Shown here piece by piece: positions 20,016 to 31,228 of a stretch of 64,000 nucleotides of DNA (its first letter is position 1; each line of letters starts with the position of its first letter). The notes below the pieces were generated by a model. It did not search any database and was not told the DNA's origin. It saw only the letters and a list, made by a program, of their open reading frames with translations. A program made the translations under genes and the position numbers. This stretch comes from an uncultured Fibrobacteria bacterium. GTDB taxonomy: Bacteria; Fibrobacterota; Fibrobacteria; UBA11236. Where the stretch lies: positions 3,584,001 to 3,648,000 of the forward strand of contig OY970309.1 of assembly GCA_963716395.1 (NCBI GenBank), written 5' to 3'.

Positions 20016-21398
20016 ATGTCTAATCCCGATTCCGAAGAACAACTCGTGGAACAACCGGCCATCGGATTGTTCGCGGAATTGGGTTGGCAAACACTCAATG
20101 CAATAGAAGAAGCATTGGGTTCCGATGGAACACTGGGGCGCGAAGCCAAGAACGAAGTGGTTTTGACCCCACGATTACGAGCCGCTTTGGAAAAACTGAA
20201 TCCGGGATTGCCTTCGGCATCCATTGAAATGGCGGTGGAAGAATTGACCCGCGATCGTTCAGCCATGACCATGGTTGCGGCAAACCGGGAAGTATACGGA
20301 TTACTCAAAGAAGGCGTACCGGTTTCCGTTGCAGATAGTGAGAACGGCGCGCAAGAACCCAATCGGGTGCGGGTGGTGAATTGGGAACATCCATCGGAAA
20401 ACGAATTCCTCTTGGTCAGTCAAATGACAATCACCGGTCCTTTATACACCTGCCGCCCGGACTTAATCGGCTTTGTAAACGGCTTGCCCCTGGTGGTGGC
20501 GGAGTTGAAAAAGCCCGGTGTTCCCGCCATGCAAGCCTTCGATGAAAACCTCACCAGCTATAAACATGCGCAGAACGGCATCCCTCAACTTTTTTGGTAC
20601 AACGCTTTGCTTCTCGCCTCGAATGGGACGGAAAGCCGAGTCGGTTCGGTTACGGCGGATTGGGAACGGTTTTTTGAATGAAAGCGCGTCGAACGTGAAG
20701 ACGAACCTCGTCGAGTCTCCCTGGAGGTCATGATTCGGGGCGTTTGCGACAAAGCACGCTTCCTCGATTTGGTCGAGAACTTCACCTTGTTCTCTGAGAA
20801 AAAAGAATTGATCAAGGTCGTCGGCCAGAACCATCAATTCCTTGGCGTGAACAACGCCATTGCCGCGGCGCTCAAGGCTCGCGAGCAGGGCCACGGAAGT
20901 GGCGGCGTCTTCTGGCAAACGCAAGGATCCGGCAAGAGTTTTTCCATGGTGTTTTTTGCCCAGAAAATTCTTCGCAAAGTTCCGGGCGATTGGACTTTCG
21001 TGGTGGTGACGGACCGCGTGGAACTCGATGAACAAATCGCCAAAACCTTCAAGGCTTGCGGGGCAGTCAGCAAAGCCGAAGGCGATGCCTGCCATGCCCA
21101 AAGCGGATCGTATTTGCGTGAACTCCTGGGTGGCAACCACCGCTATGTGTTCACCCTCGTACACAAATTCCAAACCCCGGAAATTCTTTGCGATCGGCGA
21201 GACATCATGGTACTTACCGACGAAGCGCATCGCAGTCAATACGACACCATGGCTTTGAACATGCGATCCGCTTTGCCAAAAGCACTGTTCCTGGCCTTTA
21301 CCGGAACGCCGTTGATGGCGGGGGAAGAGCGCACCCGCGAGGTATTCGGCGATTACGTCTCGATTTACGATTTCCAACAATCGGTGGAAGACGAATAA
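20016..21398 (+). pseudogene. hsdR: type I restriction enzyme HsdR, internal nonsense codon and 3' truncation
   Basis: RPDL...NGLPL...ELK nuclease motif, TQGSGKS, DEAHRSQY, FTGTP. In-frame TGA at 20679-20681 where Trp is expected; homology ends at YDFQQSVED. Confidence 0.9.
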
Positions 21399-22118
21399 GG
21401 CTTGAAGGTCGAGAATTGGTTTTTTGTCCCCTGGCAAATAAATATCCAGGGTTCCATCGTCTTGGGAAAAGACAAATATGATTTCAAAAGCAGGATGCCG
21501 GGGGCGACGTTGGAATTCTTTTCCTTCCCATTCGACGGATGCTTCGGCATAGTCTTCAGGATAGGCAAATAGGTATTCAAGCTTTCGCCTCCGGTAGGGT
21601 TCGACTTTGCAGTTCTGGCCCCTACCCTGGAGCCCATAAAAATATTTTCCAAGCTTGGTTTGAAATCGTTCAATGTCATCAGGCTCTAACTTTGGGGTCA
21701 CCTTGGGGACGTTTTTCCGCTTTCGCCAATACGAACCTGCTATCGAATCGGCATGGTGAAAGGATAGGGCACCATTCCAAAACTTTTTGCGGTTCAGGAA
21801 GGTCCAAAAAGCATGCTCATGAAATCCTGTTAAAGAAGCAAATTGAGGGGCGAGGTCTTCTTCATGAAAATGACCTTCATCGATTATGGCCTTTGATCCT
21901 TTTTCATTAGCCATGCCGTCGATTTCTTGAAATTCACCTTCAATTTCAATACGGACAGAATCGGGCAAAGCCAACCAAGCTTCGTAAATGGGATCAATAT
22001 CCGTTTCGCCCAAAGCATCAAATCCAAAGTCTTTTAGAATCTCTCTACGATGGAAGTATTCTTTTAAATATTGATTTGGCGCGTTTCTAAAAAATCGTTT
22101 GGGTTGGTATTGAGACAT
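21394..22118 (-). pseudogene. uncharacterised protein, 3' truncated (about 242 aa remain)
   Basis: Protein-like N-terminus MSQYQPKRFFRNAPN...; past ~21394 the ORF continues only as the antisense of hsdR. Confidence 0.6.
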
Positions 22119-22597
22119 TATCCACCCGGAAACCTTAAATTGAATTCGGGATGAAGGTTTAAAACAATTAAGTCTTCTCCAGCTTTCAATCGGCGAATTA
22201 TATCCGACTTTTCCTCTTTAACTTCAATCGTGCAGTCTATTGGCACGAAATCAGGAGTTGGATCTCCTAGGTTGACCCAATTCGCCTCTTCGCCTTCAAC
22301 CATATCTTGAACCGCTTCAGCTTTTTCTCGAAACGGTGGCGGTGAATCTTCCCTCGTTGTCTCTATTACCCAATTGAATAAATCACGAATTTGATCTCCG
22401 GTGCCGAATACTTTAGTTTGCGCCGATTTCTGTTGCATGAGATTCATGAAAAAACCTTGCATGCCATCTGCATCAACTGGGACATTCGGTGGGTTCCAAT
22501 ACCAAAACCCAAAAATTTCAGCGGTTCCATCCCTAGCGAATTTCACCCTAGACGCTAAAATTGCTAATGGTATTTTTGTTCGAGCATCACCCATCAT
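22118..22597 (-). CDS. hypothetical protein in RM operon
   Basis: 159-aa ORF overlapping the hsdR end and coupled (TAATG) to the next gene. Confidence 0.65.
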   Translation of the reverse strand: MMGDARTKIPLAILASRVKFARDGTAEIFGFWYWNPPNVPVDADGMQGFFMNLMQQKSAQTKVFGTGDQIRDLFNWVIETTREDSPPPFREKAEAVQDMVEGEEANWVNLGDPTPDFVPIDCTIEVKEEKSDIIRRLKAGEDLIVLNLHPEFNLRFPGG

Positions 22598-25500
22598 TCA
22601 TCCTTTTGGCGATGAGTTCGGCTTGTTCTAAGATGGTATCGGTCGCCAGTTTTTGCATGTCGGGAGGGTAGCCATATTGCCTTAGGATGCGTTTGACCAA
22701 TACCTTGAGTTTGGCCTTGACGCTTTCCTTGATGGTCCAATCGATGGAGGCATTTTTTTTGACTGCATCGTACAGGACCACGGCCAATTCACGCAATTGG
22801 GCCTTGGCCATAAGTTCTTTGGCGCTGTTATTGTTGGCGATGGCGGTATAGAAGGCGAACTCTTCGACGGATAAGCCCATTTCTTTGGGCTCTTTGTCCA
22901 TTTCGACGATGCCCTTGGAAAGCTTGATCAATTCTTCGATGACTTCGGCGGCGGTTAAAATCTTGTTGATGATACTTCTTGATGGAATTGTCGAGCATTT
23001 CCATGAGCGATTTGCTTTGGACCATATTGATTTCGGCCCGGCCTTTGATTTCATCATTCAAGAGTTTTCGCAAAACTTCCATGGCCAGGTTTTTATGACT
23101 CATGCCGCGCACTTCATTGAGGAAGTCTTCGGAGAGAATGGAGATATCCGGCTTTTTGATTCCGGCGGCATCGAAGACATCGATGACTTGATCGGTGACC
23201 AAGGCCTTGTCGATGACTTGGCGGATGGCGGTGTCGATTTCTTCATTGGACCGGCCTTTGCCGGGGCTGTCGAATTTGACCAAGCGGGCTTTGACGGCTT
23301 GGAAAAAGGAGATTTCGTCCTTGGCGTCCATGGCCTGCTCATGGGGCAAGGCAATGGAAAAGGCCTGGGATAAAGCTGTCACTTCGTCGATGAAGCGCTT
23401 CTTGCCATTCTCTAGGCCTAGAATATGGTCTTCGGCGGCAAGGATGAGAGAAAGCTTTTGACCGACATCGGCAGCGAAATAGTGTTCGTATTCGAAGCCA
23501 TGGAAGAGTTGGGAAACGATTTCCAACTTTTCCAACATGATGGCCACGGCTTTGTCTTGGGTTTCGGCGGGGTTGCCTTTACCTCCGGACTTGGAATAAA
23601 AATCGACGGCTGATTTTAAATCGGAGGCGATGCCCAGGTAATCGACAATGAGGCCGCCGGTTTTGTCTTTATAAACCCGGTTCACGCGGGCAATGGCCTG
23701 CATGAGGTTATGGCCCTTCATGGGCTTGTCGATATAAAGGGTATGGAGGCAAGGCACGTCAAAGCCGGTTAACCACATATCGCGAACGATGACGATTTTC
23801 AATTCGTCTTCGGGGGTTTTCATGCGGTCGGCCAAGGTGCGGCGCTGGTCCTTGGTGGTATGGTGTTTGGAAATCAAAGGCCCATCGGAGGAGGCCGAGG
23901 TCATAACCACCTTGAGCGCGCCCTTTTTCAAATCATCGCTATGCCAATCAGGCCGCAAATCAATCATGGCCTGATACAATTCGGCGGCGATGCGGCGCGA
24001 CATGGTGACTATCATGGCCTTGCCATCCATGGCGCTTTGGCGGGTTTCATAATGCAAGATGATGTCTTTGGCGACTTGCTTGATGCGGTCGGCACTGCCG
24101 ATGAGGGCTTCCAGTTGGGTCCATTTGGCCTTGGCCTTTTGGGCATCGGAAAGGTCTTCTTCGGCTAATTCATCATCGACTTCTTTGACGAGTTTGCGGC
24201 CCTCTTCGCTGAGGGAGATTTTGGCCAAGCGGCTTTCATAATAAATGCGAACCGTTGCGCCATCTTGCACGGCTTGGGCAATGTCATAGATATCGATATA
24301 ATTGCCGAATACCGCCGGGGTATTGACATCGGTGCCTTCAATAGGCGTGCCGGTAAAGCCCAAATAGGTGGCCTCGGGCAAGGCGTCGCGCATGTATTTG
24401 GCAAAGCCATAGACGATTTTTTTGCCGATGACTTGGCCCTTGTCGTCTTTGGCGTCGATGGTTTTGGCTTTGAAGCCGTATTGGGTGCGATGGGCTTCGT
24501 CGGCGATGACGATGATATTGGTACGGCTCGAAAGGGTTTCGTAAACATTGCCTTCAGTGGGCTGAAACTTTTGAATGGTGGCAAAGACCACCCCTCCCGA
24601 AGCCACCTTGAGCAAGTCTTTGAGCCGGTCGCGGTTTTCAGCTTGAACCGGTTCTTGCCGTAATAATTGCTTGGAAGCGGCGAAGGTGTCGAAAAGTTGA
24701 TCGTCCAAATCATTGCGGTCGGTAATGACCAAAATGGTGGGATTGTCCATGGCCAGCACGATTTTGCCGGTATAAAAGACCATGGAAAGCGATTTGCCCG
24801 AACCTTGGGTATGCCAAATCACCCCGCCCTTTTTATCGCCAATGGGCTGAGATTCCACCCCACCAAGGGGATAACGGGGCCGTGATTCCGCGACCAAGCC
24901 ATAGGCATGGGAGGATTCATTCACTAGGGCCGAGGCATAACCCGAAGCGCGCAAGGTCGATTCGACGGCGCGATTGACGGCATAGTATTGATGATAGGCC
25001 GCCAACTTTTTAACCGTTTGTAAGGTGATGATTCCCGTCTCGGTATCTCTTTCTTGGACTTTTCAAAAACGATGAAATGGCGAATCAAGTCCAATAGGGT
25101 GACCGGGTTCAGCATGCCGCGAATCAGGATTTCCAATTGGCCGATGAGGGGCGAGGCTTCGACCTTGCCATCGGAGGTTTTCCAAGCCATGAAACGACTG
25201 AGGCCAGCCGAAAGCGAACCGACCTTGGCTTCTAAGCCATCGGAAATGATTAAGAAAGCATTGTAAGTGAAAAGCGAAGGAATAACCTGCTTATAGGTTT
25301 CCAATTGCTGGTAGGCCGATTTCAAAGTGGCATTTTCATCGGTGGCATTCTTAAGTTCCATCACCACCAAGGGCAAGCCATTGACGAAAAGCAAAATATC
25401 GGGCCGCTTATTGACATTGTTTTCGACGATGGTGAATTGATTCACTACGGCAAAGTCATTGCGGTCGGGATGCTGCCAATCAATGAGCCAAACCAAGTCT

Positions 25501-25827
25501 CCCCTGACTTTGGCCTTTTTCTTGATAGGTGACCTTGATGCCTTCGGTTAAAAGACGATGAAAGGTTTCATTATTGGTGAGGAGATCGGGCGAAGCAATG
25601 CGCTGAACTTGGCGAATGGCATCTTCACGGCAATCGGCGGGAACGGTGGGATTGATGCGCGCCACGGCGCTTTTTAAGGCTTCGATTAAAAGGACATCGG
25701 CAAAAGATGCACGGGCCGGGTTTTCGCTATCGGGGGCGATGTCGGGGCCGTGAAGAGCCTGGAATCCTTGTTTCTCCAGCAAACCAATGGCATAGTCTTC
25801 GATTGCGGATTCATTCATTCGGTTCAA
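22587..25827 (-). pseudogene. hsdR: type I restriction enzyme HsdR, full length with three frameshifts
   Basis: [50 protein letters not shown]...YGYPPD; frame changes near 25510, 25045 and 22965. Confidence 0.9.
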
Positions 25828-25874
25828 TCGTTACCGCCTTGGGCTTGGGTCGCTTTCATGGAATCAGTTTCCGA

Positions 25875-27068
25875 TTAGAAATTCACGCGCACTTCACCGG
25901 ACATGAGTTTGGGAAGGAGGGTGTCGCGGAGTGGATTCGAGATTGCTAATCTGTGATTTATTTGTAACAATTTTTTGAAACAAGTTATCCGCAATTTCGA
26001 GAAATCGAGAGTTTTTCATATCGAATGGGAAGTGGAATAACTATTTGAATGGATTTCAATTGGATCTTAAATTCGATTCGCGTCCCCAATAGCCGATAGT
26101 ACCACCATAGTCGCTTTAAATGATTATGATTTGAAATAAAAATATATAAACTCCTTGTAACCTTGATTAATAGGATGGAGTTTTGCAATGGCATTGATTG
26201 ATGTAATAGCATTTCGTGTCGACGCAATGCAACACTTCCACATTTCCCGTTAATGAAAGTAAATATCGTATTTTTGCAGGTAGCAATAGCCTGGCATGTT
26301 AACGGGAGAACACCAATTCTATCTGCTTTTCAAGTGTAAATAACCATACTTGAATATCCTTAATTGAAATCAATCGAAACATTCAAGTTGATAAACGCAT
26401 TGGATCTCAATTCGCGAAGCTGTGATTGGATTTTGATCAATATTCGAAATTGCACTCCATTCTCTTCCCACCCCGCATCCGCCTCCTCCACAAACCACTG
26501 CCGGAAAAGCGCCTCGGCCATGGCCTCTAGCGTCTTGTTCTGCCGATGCAAGAGGTCGATTTTGTCGTCGAGACTGGAAAGCACTCCCGCGATGGCGCGC
26601 TGTTCAGGGAGCGGGGGGAGGAGGATTTGAAGCAGTTTTCAATATTTTGATTCAACGAGGGCATTGCTTGTACTGACGAATTTCGCCAAAGAATCCATTC
26701 CTTATATGAGTTTAAACCGAATTGATGTAGTAATAGATATACCGATTAGATCAGAGTCTTTAGAATTCGGACTCTTAACAATCGAACTTGCTTGAATTAA
26801 CCTTCTTCGTTCGCCGTAATTATTGACCTTCGAACTCATACAACACCGTGGTTACAAATAGGATTCCCCCGTGATAATCTAATTAGGATATCTTTTTCAG
26901 ACACTTCACATGACTTAAATCATAATTGCCTGGTCATTCCAATATAATTGCGCCAATCATCATTGAAAACGCAAAATCAGGAACGTTTTGATTCGAATCA
27001 GCGCATTCCCCTCAAGTTAATATGTCTTTGAATCGACCGCTTTGAAGTCAGCATCGCTTCCAATTCAA
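25875..27068 (-). pseudogene. hsdS: type I RM specificity subunit HsdS with unreadable TRDs
   Basis: Clean conserved blocks [45 protein letters not shown] and LRDTLLPKLMSGEVRV*; both TRD regions contain multiple stops and indels. Confidence 0.85.
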
Positions 27069-27110
27069 TGTGGTTATATCAGCCTAGTTTGAATTCCTTC
27101 CACTCCTTCA

Positions 27111-27204
27111 CCCCCTACCTCCACCGCTGCGGGGTCCGGGGCGGTAGCCCCGGAGAGGGGGTAGCGGAAGCCCGAAGGGCTGAAGCGAGGGGGAGGCTTC
27201 CCCC
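27111..27204. repeat. GC-rich multi-hairpin REP/MITE-like element
   Basis: Inverted repeats tccggggc/gccccgga (27135-27154), agccc/gggct (27169-27181) and ggggga/tccccc (27189-27204) in AT-rich surroundings. Confidence 0.5.
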
Positions 27205-27213
27205 ATCCAGAAA

Positions 27214-28140
27214 TCAAACATGCTTTGATACTCCGGTGGGAATCCAAATGGGGCTTTCGCGCCAATTTTCTGGAAAGCCCATATCTCTTTGTGGCAATTC
27301 GGGAAATTCGGCAAGCTTTGCTTGAAGGCGCTCGGCCCATTGACTTTGCGGTGCTAGGATGCGCATGCAGTATCGGCAAATGGTAAGGATGGAGAAAATT
27401 CGGTTCTTGGGAATAGCAACTGGGGCATGCCATTCGGGATATTGTTTTGCGAGGGGTATCCATGGTTTGATACCGAGTTCGCGATTCCAAAGTCGCGCAT
27501 GGTGAGCGCAAATATTGCGCACGGTGTTGAGGCAGAGCAACCACGATTCTAGCACTTGCGCGGGCATTTCAAACAGGTTTGCGACTAGCTGTTTCACCTT
27601 ATGCGGACTGGCTTTGTAAAGGGTGAGGGTACTACCCATGGACATGACTTCGGTCAGCATCCAAATCGGTAAATGAGGATGGGCATCACCGTATTTGTCG
27701 ACGAAATGCCTTCGAAATGGCTCGTGGCTTCGAATGGCTTCTTCCGATATTCGAGCTATGAATTTTTCGCGGTCGATATTGTTTTTGAAATCAGGAAGAC
27801 TTTCTGGTTTTTCAGCATAGCCAAAAGGCCCGAAGAGTTGAGAATGATGCAAGGCCAATTGAGTGCGTACGGCGACTTCGATACGCTCAATGGCATCCAT
27901 CACCAGCAATCGTAATTGGCGGTCGAAAGCATAACGACGCCATACTGTATCAAACCGAGTGCCTTCCCGAAAAGAATCGTCGGAATTCCGAAAGGGATAC
28001 CAGTAGCCGCTCAGACGGTAATAGCTGACACCACCTAGTTTTTCGATGATGAAATCTCGGTCGCCGAGCATGCCTCGGCGCAGTAATAATTCGGCTTGTT
28101 GTTTGGGGGTGAGCGAGGGTTTGGTGTATTTCAGAAACAC
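27214..28140 (-). CDS. Abi family (AbiF/AbiD-like, Abi_2) HEPN ribonuclease toxin
   Basis: KYTKPSLT..QQAELL..RG, SYYRLSGYWYPF, FDRQLR...IERIEV, P.W..E.MS.G, and HEPN RxxxxH motif VRNICAHH..LWNR; start is GTG 28140 or CTG 28134. Confidence 0.88.
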   Translation of the reverse strand: MFLKYTKPSLTPKQQAELLLRRGMLGDRDFIIEKLGGVSYYRLSGYWYPFRNSDDSFREGTRFDTVWRRYAFDRQLRLLVMDAIERIEVAVRTQLALHHSQLFGPFGYAEKPESLPDFKNNIDREKFIARISEEAIRSHEPFRRHFVDKYGDAHPHLPIWMLTEVMSMGSTLTLYKASPHKVKQLVANLFEMPAQVLESWLLCLNTVRNICAHHARLWNRELGIKPWIPLAKQYPEWHAPVAIPKNRIFSILTICRYCMRILAPQSQWAERLQAKLAEFPELPQRDMGFPENWRESPIWIPTGVSKHV

Positions 28141-28146
28141 CTCGCC

Positions 28147-28209
28147 CAAAAACAAAAAGACCCGCCGAGAGATAGCGTGTCTTGCGACAGAGGCCCGGCG
28201 GGTTTGCTG
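28147..28209 (-). ncRNA. candidate abiF-associated RNA antitoxin / terminator-ended leader RNA
   Basis: 10-bp stem ACCCGCCGGG/CUCGGCGGGU enclosing an inner UGUC-GCAA-GACA GNRA hairpin, followed by CUUUUUGUUUUU; lies between the promoter and the abi gene. Confidence 0.65.
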
Positions 28210-28215
28210 AAATTC

Positions 28216-28244
28216 ATAGTAGGTAGGAACCTGGTAAAAGTCAA
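28216..28244 (-). promoter_or_regulatory. sigma70 promoter for the RNA-abi cassette
   Basis: TTGACT (28244-28239), 17-bp spacer, TACTAT (28221-28216). Confidence 0.75.
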
Positions 28245-28292
28245 GTTTGCTTGGGGATTAGCTTGTGTTCGTGGGCGGTTTTTGAAGGAATA

Positions 28293-28898
28293 CAAGGCAT
28301 TTTCGAGTTCGCGTTCGTCGTGTTTGGCGCGCAAGGTGAGGAAGTCGAAATTGTTTGGGTCTTTGATGATTTGCTGGGCTAGGTCGCTTTGGGGTTGGGG
28401 CAAGGTGGCGGGGAATTTGGTGATGGCCTTGCCTTCGCGATGGTAGAGGCCGCCTTCGATTTGATGGGTGAGCACGGCCCGCGACTAGCCATTTTGCAGG
28501 GTTTTTTGGATATAGAATTCGGCCTCCTGGTGGGAGGCGGCCTTGCTCAAAATGACCAGATTGTGACCCCAGGGAATTTGGGCAACAAGCTGTTGCCCAA
28601 TTGCCGAAGCCCCTGACCAAAAGAGAACCCATTGGCGTATGTATTTCAGATTCCGCAGGGAAAATCCGGTCATGTCCGGGAATTCGGCGGACAGGTCTTT
28701 GCTGAGTTGGGTTAAAAAGCCATCGCCCCAAACCGCGTTTTTCTGTCTTTCCAAAATGTCTTCGCCGAGATCCCAATAGAACAAGAGCAATTCTTGATTG
28801 ACTTTGAGGGCGGCGCTGAGTTGCACCTGCCTGACCTTGGCTTTTAAAGCTTTGAGCCAGTCGGCATAGGCCCGGTCGGTTTTTAAAAGTTCGGCCAT
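28293..28898 (-). pseudogene. YhcG/DUF1016 family PDDEXK nuclease, nonsense codon and 3' deletion
   Basis: VNQELLLFYWDLG..I...WGDGFL.QLSKDL..EFP...GFSLRNLKYIRQW...IPWGHN; TAG at 28485-28487 where Trp is expected; continues to KDP..FDFL...ERELENAL, then homology ends. Confidence 0.85.
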
Positions 28899-28903
28899 TC
28901 CCT

Positions 28904-30511
28904 TTAAACCTTGACCTTGGCCAGATTATCCAAGATGAGCTTATTCAGCTTTTTCTCTTCGACCAATTGGGCTTCGAAGTCCGCCTTGAGCGAGGTGAAG
29001 CGTTCTTTGAAATCGAAATCGTCTTCTTCATCGGGCAAGCCCACATAGCGGCCCGGAGTCAAGACATAGTCGAGTTCTTTGACCCGGTCGAGGGAAGTTG
29101 AATTGCAAAAGCCTTTGATGTCCTCGTATTTGCCTTTGACCTTGCGCCACCCGTGATAAGTGTCGGAGATTTTTTGGATGTCGGCTTCCGAAAGTTCCTT
29201 GGTGCGGCGATTGATGAGAAAGCCTTCATTGCGGGCATCGATGAAAAGAATTTCATTCGTTCGGTTTCGATAGCCTCCATTGGATTTATTGCGCGAGAGA
29301 AACCAAAGGCAAGCGGGGATTTGCGTATTCAAAAAAAGCTTGGCGGGAAGATTGACGATGCAATCGACGAGGCGCGCTTCGATGAGGGCTTTGCGAATAT
29401 CGCCTTCGCCGGAGCTTTTCGAAGTGAGCGAACCTTTGGCTAAGACGAAACCAGCAATGCCACTGGGGCTGAGGTGATAAAGAAAATGCTGGATCCACGC
29501 ATAGTTGGCACTGCCTGAAGGCGGGGTGCCGAATTTCCAGCGGCCATCCTTGCGGAGTAAATCGCCGGACCAATCGCTGTCATTGAAGGGCGGATTGGCG
29601 ATGACGAAATCGGCTTTCAAGTCTTTGTGGGCATCGTTGAGAAAGGAGCCTTCATTATTCCAGCGCACTTGCGAGCTGTCGATGCCGCGAATGGCGAGAT
29701 TCATTTTGGCCAAGCGCCAAGTGGTTTGATTCGATTCTTGCCCATAAATCGAAATGTCATTGACCTTGCCTTGATGCGCGAGAACGAGTTTTTCGCTTTG
29801 CACAAACATGCCACCCGATCCACAACACGGATCAAATACCCGGCCCTTATAGGGTTCGAGCATTTTGACGAGGAGTTCGACGATGCTGCGGGGGGTATAG
29901 AACTGTCCGCCCTGCTTGCCTTCGGCTAAGGCGAATTCGCCGAGGAAGTATTCAAAGACATGGCCGAGCACGTCGGCGCTGCGGGATTTGGTATCCCCTA
30001 GGGCGATATTGCTCACCAGGTCGATGAGGCCGCCCAAGGTGGTCGGGTCTAGGTTACCGCGCGCAAAGACCTTGGGAAGCACGTCTTTGAGGGAGGCATT
30101 GTCCTTTTCGATGGCGTCCATGGCGGCATCGACGGCTTTGCCGATGGTGGCTTGCTTGGCGCGCGCTTGCAGAAAAGACCAGCGTGCAATTTCAGGGACA
30201 AAGAAGACATTCTCGGCTTTGTATTCGTCTTTGTCTTCGGGGTCAGAACCCTTGTATTCGCCTTTTCCTGACTTAAGCTTGGCATGCAATTCTTCAAAGG
30301 CGTCGGAGATGTATTTCAGAAAGATGAGGCCGAGAACGATATGTTTGTATTCGGCGGCGTCGATGTTTTTTCGGAGCTTGTCGGCGGCCTTCCAAAGTTG
30401 TTTTTCGAGGGGTTCGTCTTTGGAATCCGAAGCCTTTGGCGAGGTCTTTCCGGTCAAGCTTTTTGAAATGACGCTTTTGGGGATGTTCTTGCTGCCTTTG
30501 GGTCTTGCCAA
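28904..30511 (-). CDS. hsdM: type I RM methyltransferase HsdM (intact)
   Basis: [35 protein letters not shown]; probable TTG start at 30511 after a GGAG RBS. Confidence 0.93.
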   Translation of the reverse strand: MARPKGSKNIPKSVISKSLTGKTSPKASDSKDEPLEKQLWKAADKLRKNIDAAEYKHIVLGLIFLKYISDAFEELHAKLKSGKGEYKGSDPEDKDEYKAENVFFVPEIARWSFLQARAKQATIGKAVDAAMDAIEKDNASLKDVLPKVFARGNLDPTTLGGLIDLVSNIALGDTKSRSADVLGHVFEYFLGEFALAEGKQGGQFYTPRSIVELLVKMLEPYKGRVFDPCCGSGGMFVQSEKLVLAHQGKVNDISIYGQESNQTTWRLAKMNLAIRGIDSSQVRWNNEGSFLNDAHKDLKADFVIANPPFNDSDWSGDLLRKDGRWKFGTPPSGSANYAWIQHFLYHLSPSGIAGFVLAKGSLTSKSSGEGDIRKALIEARLVDCIVNLPAKLFLNTQIPACLWFLSRNKSNGGYRNRTNEILFIDARNEGFLINRRTKELSEADIQKISDTYHGWRKVKGKYEDIKGFCNSTSLDRVKELDYVLTPGRYVGLPDEEDDFDFKERFTSLKADFEAQLVEEKKLNKLILDNLAKVKV

Positions 30512-30595
30512 TGAGGTCTCCAATGCGGGGTTGTTTAATGAAACACATTGAAATGTATTCCAACCGCTGGCCTTGGAGGGAATGGCCTGGGGAAA

Positions 30596-31228
30596 TTAGG
30601 CTGTTTTGACCATGGGAATGATGCGGATATCACGCTTCAATTCATCCAAGTAATCGGCCCAGGCCTGCATCATTTCACGCCTACGGGGTAGGTGCTCGGC
30701 ATAGTTATAAGCGGCACTCACCGCATTTTGTTCGGCATGCGCCAACTGCCGTTCGATGACGTGATGTTCCCAACCGATCTCATGCAAGCGAGTTGAAGCC
30801 ATACTCCGAAAGCCATGACCTGTCATTTCATCTTTGGAATATCCCATGCGACGCAAGGCGGCAAGGATGGCGTTTTCACTCATGGGGCGAAGACGCGAAA
30901 GGCCACCCGGGAAAATGAATTTGGGCGCATTCGGTTTGGCGGGTATGCCGTGGCCAGTTAAAGGCTTGATTTCATTCAATATATCGATGGCTTGCTTAGA
31001 AAGTGGAACAATATGTTGTTCCCGCATCTTCATCCGTTCAGCCGGAATCCGCCATTCCGATTTTTCAAAATCGAACTCCGACCACACTGTCTGGCGCAGT
31101 TCGCCCGGCCGCACAAAAACCAACGGAGACAACCACAAAGCGCATTTGGTCACGAAAAAACCTTCATAAGCATCAATCGCCCGCAACAATTCGCCGATGC
31201 GTTTCGGATCGATAATCGATGAATTATG
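30596..31228 (-). pseudogene. P4-like tyrosine integrase, catalytic C-terminal half only
   Basis: VRPGEL (R), MKMR (K), HGFR, LAH and AYN (Y) catalytic set; the N-terminal half is absent (in-frame stop just upstream, ssrA 3' end ~50 bp away). Confidence 0.9.

Noticed and set aside
20463-22118. 551-aa ORF as one protein
   Set aside because: Only about the first 242 aa look like a real protein; the rest is the antisense frame of hsdR, reached through a rearrangement junction.
20679-28487. Stop-codon recoding (TGA in hsdR at 20679 and TAG in yhcG at 28485, both where Trp is expected)
   Set aside because: Two different stop codons are involved, both genes are also truncated, and TGA/TAG end normal genes throughout the window; simple TGG G-to-A nonsense mutations explain them.
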